64,000 nucleotides of DNA from assembly GCA_002696205.1 (NCBI GenBank), contig NZRL01000014.1, positions 290-64,289 of the forward strand. Direction: 5' to 3'. Made by a program: the position numbers and the translations under genes. A model generated the notes under the pieces. The model searched no databases. It was not told where the DNA came from and saw only the letters and a program-made list of their open reading frames with translations. Shown here in pieces: positions 17,642-25,987 of this stretch. The DNA is from Rhodospirillaceae bacterium (lineage in GTDB: Bacteria; Pseudomonadota; Alphaproteobacteria; Rhodospirillales; Casp-alpha2). How positions within the stretch are numbered: the stretch's first letter is position 1; each line of letters starts with the position of its first letter.

Positions 17642-18463
17642 TCAGAGGATGATCTTTCCGGCCATGTAGTCGCCGGCCTCGGTCGAAGCCGGTTGGGTGA
17701 AGAAGGTCTCCGCCGGGCTGTGCTCCAGCACCTTGCCCTTGTGGACGAAGACCACCTCGTCGGCCAGGCGGCGGGCCTGACCCATGTCGTGGGTAATGAA
17801 GATGATCTTGGTGCCCCGGTCGCGGGCGGCCTTGGCGATCTCTTCGATCACCAGGGTCGAGGCCGGGTCCAGGTTCGAGGTCGGCTCGTCCATGAACAGG
17901 ACGTCCGGTTCCGTCGCCAATGCGCGGGCCATCGCCAACCGCTGTTGTTCGCCGCCGGACAGCAGGCGCGCCGGCTGATCCGCATGGGCCGCGAGCCCGG
18001 CGTGATCGAGGATCGCCTGACGGCGGGCCGGGTCGGCGCGGCCGCGCAGGCGCAGGACGAAATCGATATTGGCGGCGACCGACCGGCGCAGCAGCACGGG
18101 GCGCTGGAACACCATGGCCTGGCGTTTGCGCACGGCCTCGCCCATGCCCGCACCGCCCCAGGAGACGGTGCCGCCCGACGGGTCGATCAGGCCGTGCATG
18201 AGACGCAGAAGCAGGCTTTTACCTGCCCCGTTCGGCCCCATGATGACCGTCGCGCCCTCTGCCTCGAGCGTCAGGTCGATGCCCTTGATCAATACCGTTC
18301 CGCCTGCCTGGAACGACACATCGTCAAGAACCAACGGAAACAGATCCGCCCCGGCGCCGGGCGCCGACGCATCGGAGGCCGCACCGCCGCGCAGGTCGAC
18401 GACGTTGGCCGGACGCATGCCGGCCTCCCCGCTGGCGGACGGATTGGGGCGGGGCTCAGGCAT
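17642..18463 (-). CDS. tupC: tungstate ABC transporter ATP-binding protein
   Basis: Walker A GPNGAGKS, LSGGEQQR and DEPT. Overlaps the permease stop. Exact start uncertain. Confidence 0.85.
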   Translation of the reverse strand: MPEPRPNPSASGEAGMRPANVVDLRGGAASDASAPGAGADLFPLVLDDVSFQAGGTVLIKGIDLTLEAEGATVIMGPNGAGKSLLLRLMHGLIDPSGGTVSWGGAGMGEAVRKRQAMVFQRPVLLRRSVAANIDFVLRLRGRADPARRQAILDHAGLAAHADQPARLLSGGEQQRLAMARALATEPDVLFMDEPTSNLDPASTLVIEEIAKAARDRGTKIIFITHDMGQARRLADEVVFVHKGKVLEHSPAETFFTQPASTEAGDYMAGKIIL

Positions 18464-19178
18464 AGGCCTGCCTTTTGGCCGTCGCGTTCAACGCCATGAC
18501 GCCCGCGTTGATGGCGATGGCGATGGACAGCAGAACGATGCCGAGCCCCAGCGCAAGGGCGAGATCGCCCTTCGACGTTTCCAGGGCGATGGTCGTGGTC
18601 ATCACCCGGGTCAGATGGTTGATGTTGCCGCCGACGATGATCACGGCACCAACCTCGGCCATGGCCCGGCCCAGTCCGGCCAGCATCACGGTCAGCAGCG
18701 AATACCGCGCGTCCCACAGAAGCTCCATCATCATCCGGCCCGTGGGCACGCAGAACGACCGGAATTGTTCGGCGTATTCGGCATGCAGGTCCTCGATCAA
18801 CTGGCGCGACAGGGCCGCGATGATCGGCAGGATCAGGATCGCCTGGGCGATGATCATCGCCTCCGGGGTATAGAGCAGGCCGAGAAAACCGAACGGCCCC
18901 GCATTCGACAGCAGCATGTAGACGACAAGGCCGACCACGACCGGCGGCAGGCCCATCATCGAATTGACGATGACCAGGACGATCCCGCGCCCGGGAAACC
19001 GCGTGACCGCAAGCGCCGCGCCGAGGCTCAGCCCGATCAGCCCGGCCGCCAGCAGGGCCGAAATGCTGACGCGCAACGACAGACCGATGATTTCCAGCAA
19101 ATCCGCATCGGCGCCGATCAACAGATCGAACGCCGTCAGAAAGGCTGCCCCGAAATCCTGCATGTGCCGAATGTCCAC
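18456..19178 (-). CDS. tupB: tungstate ABC transporter permease
   Basis: MGLPPVVVGL, AGLGRAMAEVGA and GGNI..TRVMTTTIALETSKG. Start may be ATG 19163. Confidence 0.88.
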   Translation of the reverse strand: MDIRHMQDFGAAFLTAFDLLIGADADLLEIIGLSLRVSISALLAAGLIGLSLGAALAVTRFPGRGIVLVIVNSMMGLPPVVVGLVVYMLLSNAGPFGFLGLLYTPEAMIIAQAILILPIIAALSRQLIEDLHAEYAEQFRSFCVPTGRMMMELLWDARYSLLTVMLAGLGRAMAEVGAVIIVGGNINHLTRVMTTTIALETSKGDLALALGLGIVLLSIAIAINAGVMALNATAKRQAYA

Positions 19179-19714
19179 CCATTCCCGAAAGCCGGTCCGG
19201 CGCGCCCTGTCGGCGTTCGTCGGCCCGCCGCCATTTCGCCGGGACCCTTAGTCGGCCCCAGACCCGCACCTTGTTCCGGCTCCTGCCCCGGCCCCGGCGA
19301 TTGTCTTGCTGCCGCTTACCGAAAGCATTTTCGTAATTTTTGCATAATTAATCGCAATAGGTGGAATCTTGCATAGTTTACGGACCCAGGCAAGCAAACG
19401 CCCACAATTCAACCGCGGCCTTCCGGGATGCGGAAAATCGCCGCCGCGCGCCCATGTTCAGGCGACCCAGGCGGCGGGTGGACACACCTGAAATTCACAT
19501 TATTCACGAGTTGACATCTAAAAATACACTTTCGTTGACGTAATTTATTATTCTAAATCAATAGGTAAATTGACCATAGATCAATTCAGTGTATCATTTA
19601 CAACAATCGGGCCGCCGACCTTTTCGAAGACGGCGGACAAAAACAAGACCCCCGAAAACCGGGTCCGGAACGCGACCGTTCCGTCATTCAAAGATTCGAA
19701 TTGGGAGTTTCGTC

Positions 19715-19795
19715 ATGGACAAGATCAACAAGGCATTTTTCATTCTGCCGGCAGTGTTCGCCGTCCTGATCGCGATCGGCATCCTGACCAGCTAG
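19715..19795 (+). CDS. putative 26-aa single-TM small protein
   Basis: MDKINKAFFILPAVFAVLIAIGILTS*, with a GGGAG RBS, an AT-rich upstream region and a downstream terminator. Confidence 0.5.
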   Translation: MDKINKAFFILPAVFAVLIAIGILTS

Positions 19796-19890
19796 ACACA
19801 CCCGGGCCTGATGCGGGGCCCCGACGAGATTACGCGCGGCGATGGCCGCGCACAGCCGAATGCTCATCTTTCCTCTAGGATGACATCTCA

Positions 19891-19920
19891 GCGCGGGCCT
19901 TCGGGTCCGCGCCTTTTTTT
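19891..19920 (+). terminator. rho-independent terminator
   Basis: GCGCGGGCC-TTCG-GGTCCGCGC stem-loop followed by a T7 tract. Confidence 0.85.
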
Positions 19921-20062
19921 GCCCGCACTTCGCCCATCGGGCTCACGCGCCGCCGCCGACCGACCGAGCCCAAGAACGCGGAACATCGGCCTGCCCCGGC
20001 CAAGGCGATCAGGTTTAATGAGGGCCCGAGAGAATCAGGCGGCAAGACACCCGCCCCGGGCG

Positions 20063-21685
20063 CTACTTGCGGGCGGCCTTGGGTGTCGGCTTGGCCGCCG
20101 CCGCCGGGGCCCGTTCGGCGCCGTGGATCAGGGTCGGGTGGGCACGTTGGCCGCAATCCGTGCGCTCGCACAGGCGGCAGGTCACGCCGACCGGCAGGAA
20201 GGTCTCGGACCGGGTCAGGTCAAGCCCCGCCGAATAGACGAGATCACCCGCATCCTCGATCCGGCAGCCCAGCGCCAGGGCGAAACCGCCGTCCGGCGCG
20301 TTGAAACCCGCCCCCGCGCGGCGCTGCCCGAAGGCGACGGAGAGATAGGCACTGCCGTCGGCCAGTTGCAGGACCTGGGCATCGACGCTGCCCGGGCTAC
20401 CGCTGGCGGCGTGGACGTTCCAACGCGGACAGATCCCGGCGAACCGGGGGATCGGCAGGCCGGAGCCGGAAAACCGTTTGAAAACGTTGCCGGCGCGATC
20501 GATGCGCAGGAAATGGAACCGCACCCCTTCCTGCCCCGGACGGCGCAGGGTGGCCAGACGGTGACAGGCCTGCTCCAGACTGACGCCGAAGGTCTGGGCC
20601 AGGCGTTCGACGTCGTAGCGGAACGCCTGGGCGCGGTCGAGGAACAGATCGTAGGGCATAAGAAACGCCCCGGCGAAATAGGCGGCCAGAAAATCGGCGG
20701 CCAGCGGCTGCGCGGCCGCGCTGAGGCCGGCCTCATCGATCAGATCGGCGATATGCCCCTCGGCGGCGCGCCGCCCGATCTCGCGGGCCAGGGCGAAGCG
20801 TAAGGACGACGGCGCCAGATCATCGCGCAAAACCAGCGTCTCCGCCCCCGTATCGTCGGCATCGAGGCGATGGGCCGGGCCGCCGTCGGCGGCAGGCTCG
20901 GTCGCCACGGCCACGCCGAAACGCGTTTCCAGCAGTTCGGTCAGACGCGGGTATAGCGCCACGGCATCGGCCCCGATTTCCGCCCGCATGGTTTCCGCCC
21001 GGTGATCCAGATCGTCGAAGAAATTGTCATTGCGTTCCCAGAAATCGCCGACGTCTTCCCAGGGCGTGCGGCTGTCCAAGAGGCCTTCCAGGTTCTCGCC
21101 GGTGATGAAGCGGAGCAATTCGTCGACCTGGGTCGTCAGCTTCTCCGTGCCGTCGACGACGATCTCCAGAAACTGCTGCCGCTCGTCGGCGGCGAGGTCG
21201 ATGTTATCGAGCAGGATTTCCGAGAACGACCGGACGGACGTCAGCAGCGTCCGCACGGAATGGCTGGACGCCACCAGATAGGGGCTGGAGGCCAGCTTGT
21301 CGGTCAGCGCCTCGACGTCTTCGCGGCTGTTCCGGTAGGAGCGGTAGAGCCGCAGGAAGGCACGGCAGATATCCGGCACGGCGGTGACGAATTCATCCAG
21401 TTCCGCCGCCGACGGCCGGGTCCCGCCGAACAGCGGGTCGGACATCGCCTCTTCCAGATCGCTTTTGATGCGGACCTCGTCGCCGGCGGTGAAATCGCGC
21501 AGGTCGACACCCAGCACGTCCGACAGCTTCAACAACAGCGACACCGTCAAGGGCCGGTCGTTGTGTTCGATCATGTTCAGGTAACTGGGGGAAATCCCCA
21601 GAATTTCGGCCAGTTTGACCTGCGTCAGGCTGCGGTCCTTGCGGAGCCTGCGCAGGCGCGCGCCCAGCATTGGTGATCGCGCCAT
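20063..21685 (-). CDS. XRE-family short-chain fatty acyl-CoA regulator (ScfR/RamB/PrpR family) with internal HisKA-like segment
   Basis: HTH LGISPSYLNMIEHNDRPLT, YFAGAFLMPY, SLEQACHRLATL, DRAGNVFKR, CPRWNVH and the C-terminal GVTCRLCERTDCGQRA Cys cluster. Confidence 0.9.
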   Translation of the reverse strand: MARSPMLGARLRRLRKDRSLTQVKLAEILGISPSYLNMIEHNDRPLTVSLLLKLSDVLGVDLRDFTAGDEVRIKSDLEEAMSDPLFGGTRPSAAELDEFVTAVPDICRAFLRLYRSYRNSREDVEALTDKLASSPYLVASSHSVRTLLTSVRSFSEILLDNIDLAADERQQFLEIVVDGTEKLTTQVDELLRFITGENLEGLLDSRTPWEDVGDFWERNDNFFDDLDHRAETMRAEIGADAVALYPRLTELLETRFGVAVATEPAADGGPAHRLDADDTGAETLVLRDDLAPSSLRFALAREIGRRAAEGHIADLIDEAGLSAAAQPLAADFLAAYFAGAFLMPYDLFLDRAQAFRYDVERLAQTFGVSLEQACHRLATLRRPGQEGVRFHFLRIDRAGNVFKRFSGSGLPIPRFAGICPRWNVHAASGSPGSVDAQVLQLADGSAYLSVAFGQRRAGAGFNAPDGGFALALGCRIEDAGDLVYSAGLDLTRSETFLPVGVTCRLCERTDCGQRAHPTLIHGAERAPAAAAKPTPKAARK

Positions 21686-21954
21686 AATGTCTCCCCCTGA
21701 AAACGGGTGTTTGCCACCTCGTTCCGGTGCCGGGCCGTGCCGGCCCGTGCCTTATTTCGTGAAGAATTATCTTAACTTCCCTTCACGAGCCTGTCGCAAA
21801 TTTTTTTTCCATAGATATCAGTGGCATATGGGAATATGCACAAAATGGGGTGAAACATTCACCTATCGCCCCCATCAATTCGGCGTTTGTCACCGCCCGA
21901 CCCGCGTGGCATCTTTTGAGATAATTTTCCGACCTGATTGGACCCGAGCCCGAT

Positions 21955-22389
21955 ATGCCCGAACCGAAGATCGACGACGACACCAGCGAAAAACTGAAAC
22001 AGGACCTGCGCCAGCATCGCGATCTCCTAATCGCCGCCAACGCGGAGATCGAGAAGCTGCGCGAACGCCTGGGCAAGTGCTCCACGACCATTCTGGAGAC
22101 GGTAATGCTGGAGCAAAGCCAAGGCGAGGAACTGGCCTTCCTGCGTGCCCGGGTCACCGAGCTGGAAGCCATCACCGCCAAATCCAAGGAACAGAGCGCC
22201 GCCGCCGAAAAGGTCTACGCCGCCATGCGGGGCGCCATGGACCGCATGCACGACGGCATCAAGAAGGTCGCAAGCCAGGCCAAGGACTCCGCCCCACCCA
22301 GCCTGGCCAAGGAATTGGCGGAATTGGAAAAGGCCGCGACGGCCCCGATGCCGGACGATCTGGAACGCCTGATCGGGCCTGACAGATAA
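21955..22389 (+). CDS. hypothetical coiled-coil protein (144 aa)
   Basis: Host-like codon usage, heptad-like E/K/L/A-rich sequence. Confidence 0.6.
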   Translation: MPEPKIDDDTSEKLKQDLRQHRDLLIAANAEIEKLRERLGKCSTTILETVMLEQSQGEELAFLRARVTELEAITAKSKEQSAAAEKVYAAMRGAMDRMHDGIKKVASQAKDSAPPSLAKELAELEKAATAPMPDDLERLIGPDR

Positions 22390-22416
22390 CGTCAGGCGCA
22401 GGGCGTCGCTTTTCGG

Positions 22417-25143
22417 CTAGACCGGCAGGGTAAAGCGAAAGACCGAGCCGCGCCCTTCCCGCGCCTCGACCCAGATGCGCCCGCCGAAACGGTCGACGAT
22501 TTCGCGGCAAATGGCGAGCCCCAACCCCGTCCCCTTTGGCTTATTGATCAGGCTTTCGCCGGACGATCCCTGCTGGAACCTCTCGAAGATGCGATCGCGG
22601 TCGATGGCGGCGACGCCGGAGCCGTTGTCGGCGACGCTGACCGTTACGACGCCGTCTCCCGCCTCAGCCGAAATCCGCACACGCCCAACGGCCGGATCGC
22701 AGAATTTAACGGCGTTGGAAATCAGATTGACCAGGACCTGAATCAGCCGGTCGCGGTCGGCGACGACTCCCGGCAGCCCTTCCGACAATTCGGTGTCGAG
22801 CCGCACCCCCGCCGCCTGGGCCAGGGGCGACGACGCGGCCACCGCACCATCGATGACGCCGCCAATATCCAGGGGGGCCATGTTCCATTCCAAGTCCCCG
22901 GCCTCCATCTTCGAGAGATCCAGAAGCTGGTCGATCAGACGGGTCAGACGCTGGGTCTCGGCGACGACGACGCTGTAGAAGCGGTCGCGTTCGGCATCCG
23001 GCAGGGCCGGATTGTCGGAAAGGATTTCCCCGGCCGCCCGGATCGAGGTCAGGGGCGTGCGGAATTCGTGCCCGACCGTGGTGATGAAGTTGTCCTTCAT
23101 CCGGTCCAGTTCCTTGAGCCGTTCGTTGGCGGCGCGCAATTCGGCGGTGGTTTCCTCCAACGCGCGGGATTTCTCTTCCAATTCGTGGGAGTACTCGATG
23201 ACCTGCGTGGTTTCGTCGATGATCCGCATCAGGTCCTCGGTGCTGACGACCTCGCCCTTGGTCACCGTGGCGACCATGGCCTGGGCCGACGCCGCCCCGA
23301 TGACCCCCGCCAACTGCCGTTCGGCGAACGCGACCAGCGGCGGGGGGGCTTCGGCCAGGGGGTGCAGATCGACCGGATTGCGCCGGGCGAAATCGACCAG
23401 CGCCGCGTCGGCCCGGCCGTCGCCGAGGAAACGGGCGAGCACCTCGCGCAGTTCGCCGACCGAGGCCGATCCCCGCCAGGTCGTCACGGGCTCGGCCCCC
23501 GGCGTATCGAGCTTGCGCACGAATTCACCGGCCTGCAGTTGCTCCAGCTCGCTCGGCCGGCTGAGCAGCGAGCCCCAGATGAAACCGCCGATGTTGACCA
23601 GCATGGACCAGAACAGGGAATGGGACAGATGATCGACACCGTCCATGCCGAACAGTGCATAGGGCTTGAGGAACTCGATGGCGAAGGGCCCCTGGTCGAT
23701 GAATTCGATGGGCAGCCAGCCGGACCGCGCGAAGGACGGCAGGACCAGCGTGTAAAGCCAGACCAGGGTCCCCAAAATCAGGCCGGTCATGGCCCCGGCC
23801 TTGGTCCCGCCCTTCCAGAAGATGCCGCCCAGCAGGGCCGGCGCGAATTGCGCGGCAGCGGCGAAAGACACCAGCCCGATGGTCACCAGCGCATAGGATT
23901 CACCGATCAGCCGCATGTAGGTATAGGCCAGGATCAGCACGAACAGGATGGCACTGCGCCGCACGAACAAAAGAAACGCCGTAAGGTCGCCGGTGAACCG
24001 CGCCTGGAACCAGCGAAGCCGCAACAGCACGGGCACCACCAGATCGTTGCAGAACATGGTCGACAGCGCGATGGTCGCGACGATCAGCATCCCCGTTGCC
24101 GCCGACAGCCCGCCGATATAGGCGAAGAGCGCCAGGCCTTCGCTGGCGTTGGCCATGGCGACGGTCAGCACGAAGGTATCCGCGTCGACGTTACGGTCGG
24201 GAAATTGCAATAGCCCCCCGACGGCGATCGGCAGGACGAAAACGTTGATCAGGATCAGGTAGAGCGGGAACAGCCAGGCCGCCTTGCGCACATGCGCCGG
24301 GTTGACGTTCTCGACCACGGCGACCTGGAACTGACGCGGCAGGCAAATGATCGCGAACATCGACAGCACCATCAGGGTCGACCATTGGGCGTAGCCGCCG
24401 GTCCCGAAATGATGGGTCAGTTGCGAAATATGCGGCACGGCGCCGCCCTGCGCGAACAGGTCCTGAAACCCGTCGTACAGCCCGAAGGTGACGTAGAGCC
24501 CGACCGCCAGGAAGGCCGCCAGCTTGACCACGGATTCGAAGGCGATGGCGACGACCATGCCTTCGTGATGTTCCGAGGCATCGATATGACGCGTGCCGAA
24601 CAGGATCGAGAACAGCGCCATGATCAGCGCCACGAAGAACGCCGTGTCCTGGAACAGCGGCACCCGGCCCAGGTTCCGGGGCATGACGATTTCCGGATAC
24701 TGGATCAGCACGGTGAAGCTGGTCGAGACGGCCTTCAGCTGAAGCGCGATGTAGGGAAGAATGCCGAAGATCGCGATGACCGTGACCAGACCGCCGAGAT
24801 AGAGGCTTTTGCCGTAACGGGACGCGATGAAGTCGGCGATCGAGGTGATGCGGTTCTCCGCTGAAATCCGCACCATCTTTTCCAGAACATAGGGCCAGAG
24901 CACCAGCACCAGGGTCGGCCCCAGATAGATCGGCAGGAAATCCAGACCCGAGGTCGCCGCCCGGCCGACCGATCCGTAGAACGTCCAACTGGTGCAGAAC
25001 ACGGCCATGGACAGCGCGTAGATATAGGGATTGTTGATGACCGACCGCCCCTGATCCGCGCGCTTGTCTCCCCAGAAGGCGATGGCGAACAGCAAGCCCA
25101 GATAGGCCACCGAGGCGATGAAGATGACCCAGCCCTGCAGCAT
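22417..25143 (-). CDS. Na+/solute symporter (SLC5)-histidine kinase fusion, CrbS/PrlS-like
   Basis: N-terminal SSS domain (YALSMAVFCTSWTFYGSVG, PYIALQLKAV, LPRQFQV), STAC-like linker (LAGVIGAASA), H-box GHEFRTPLT, NLISNAVKF and GTGLGL. No fused REC domain. Confidence 0.9.
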   Translation of the reverse strand: MLQGWVIFIASVAYLGLLFAIAFWGDKRADQGRSVINNPYIYALSMAVFCTSWTFYGSVGRAATSGLDFLPIYLGPTLVLVLWPYVLEKMVRISAENRITSIADFIASRYGKSLYLGGLVTVIAIFGILPYIALQLKAVSTSFTVLIQYPEIVMPRNLGRVPLFQDTAFFVALIMALFSILFGTRHIDASEHHEGMVVAIAFESVVKLAAFLAVGLYVTFGLYDGFQDLFAQGGAVPHISQLTHHFGTGGYAQWSTLMVLSMFAIICLPRQFQVAVVENVNPAHVRKAAWLFPLYLILINVFVLPIAVGGLLQFPDRNVDADTFVLTVAMANASEGLALFAYIGGLSAATGMLIVATIALSTMFCNDLVVPVLLRLRWFQARFTGDLTAFLLFVRRSAILFVLILAYTYMRLIGESYALVTIGLVSFAAAAQFAPALLGGIFWKGGTKAGAMTGLILGTLVWLYTLVLPSFARSGWLPIEFIDQGPFAIEFLKPYALFGMDGVDHLSHSLFWSMLVNIGGFIWGSLLSRPSELEQLQAGEFVRKLDTPGAEPVTTWRGSASVGELREVLARFLGDGRADAALVDFARRNPVDLHPLAEAPPPLVAFAERQLAGVIGAASAQAMVATVTKGEVVSTEDLMRIIDETTQVIEYSHELEEKSRALEETTAELRAANERLKELDRMKDNFITTVGHEFRTPLTSIRAAGEILSDNPALPDAERDRFYSVVVAETQRLTRLIDQLLDLSKMEAGDLEWNMAPLDIGGVIDGAVAASSPLAQAAGVRLDTELSEGLPGVVADRDRLIQVLVNLISNAVKFCDPAVGRVRISAEAGDGVVTVSVADNGSGVAAIDRDRIFERFQQGSSGESLINKPKGTGLGLAICREIVDRFGGRIWVEAREGRGSVFRFTLPV

Positions 25144-25144
25144 C

Positions 25145-25450
25145 TCAGGCGTCCGGGGCGGCGTCTTCGGGGACGAGGGTCGGATCCGGCGCGGGGGCGA
25201 ACCGTTCGGAAATCAAATAGATCAGCGCGACCACCGCGATCCAGATGGCGAACAGATATAGATAGATGACCGGTAGGCCGAACAGATTGGCCTCGCCTTC
25301 AACCAGCGTGACGATGGGCGGCAGCAGCATCAGCGCCGCGAACAGAAACAGGGAGATGGAGAAAGCCCCGGCCCGTCCGGCCCGCCCGGTGGCGTCGGGC
25401 GGCGCGCCGCCCGGGGACTTGTCCGGAATCTGGGCCGGGTCGGGCGCCAT
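25145..25450 (-). CDS. small two-TM membrane protein associated with the SSS-kinase (101 aa)
   Basis: LFLFAALMLLPP...LFGLPVIYLYLFAIW pattern. Its ATG overlaps the REC stop and it ends just before the kinase ATG. Confidence 0.75.
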   Translation of the reverse strand: MAPDPAQIPDKSPGGAPPDATGRAGRAGAFSISLFLFAALMLLPPIVTLVEGEANLFGLPVIYLYLFAIWIAVVALIYLISERFAPAPDPTLVPEDAAPDA

Positions 25451-25827
25451 CACTCCACGGCCAGACCCACGGCGGCCTTGACCCGGGCAACCAGGTCGCG
25501 CGTCGAAAACGGCTTGGTCACGAAATCGTCGGCGCCCGCCGCCATGCCCTTGTCGCGGTCGGCGGCGCGGCCCTTGGCCGTCAGCATGATGACATGGACG
25601 TCGGACCAGGCGGCATTGCCGCGGATTTCCTCGCAGACGGAATACCCGTCGCGTTCCGGCAGCATGACGTCGAGCAACACCACGTCGGGTTTGGCCGCGC
25701 GCATTTCGCCCAAAGCCGAATTTCCGTCGCCGACGACGCGGGTCGCGAACCCGGACTTTTCCAAAAGGAACGTCAGCGACAGGACGATGTTTTCGTCGTC
25801 TTCGACCACCAGTACCGAGTGATCCAT
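25450..25827 (-). CDS. single-domain response regulator (REC only)
   Basis: VLVVEDD, LLDVMLP, MLTA and KPF in 125 aa, with no output domain. Confidence 0.92.
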   Translation of the reverse strand: MDHSVLVVEDDENIVLSLTFLLEKSGFATRVVGDGNSALGEMRAAKPDVVLLDVMLPERDGYSVCEEIRGNAAWSDVHVIMLTAKGRAADRDKGMAAGADDFVTKPFSTRDLVARVKAAVGLAVE

Positions 25828-25987
25828 GAATATCTCCCCTTATGTTCCGGGCGAAACGCGCCCGGTCGCTGTAGCCAGCGTTGGGCGGAGTATACCCCCG
25901 AGACCCCACGGAGCGACAAGGTTTTGAGGCCCAGCCGGAGGCCCGGCGAATTGACAGGCCCGCGCCGGTCTGCGAACCCTGCCTCCC

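Noticed and set aside
19570-19584. TTGAC-CATAG-ATCAA as an FNR box
   Set aside because: The spacer is 5 nt rather than 4. Kept only as an unassigned palindrome.
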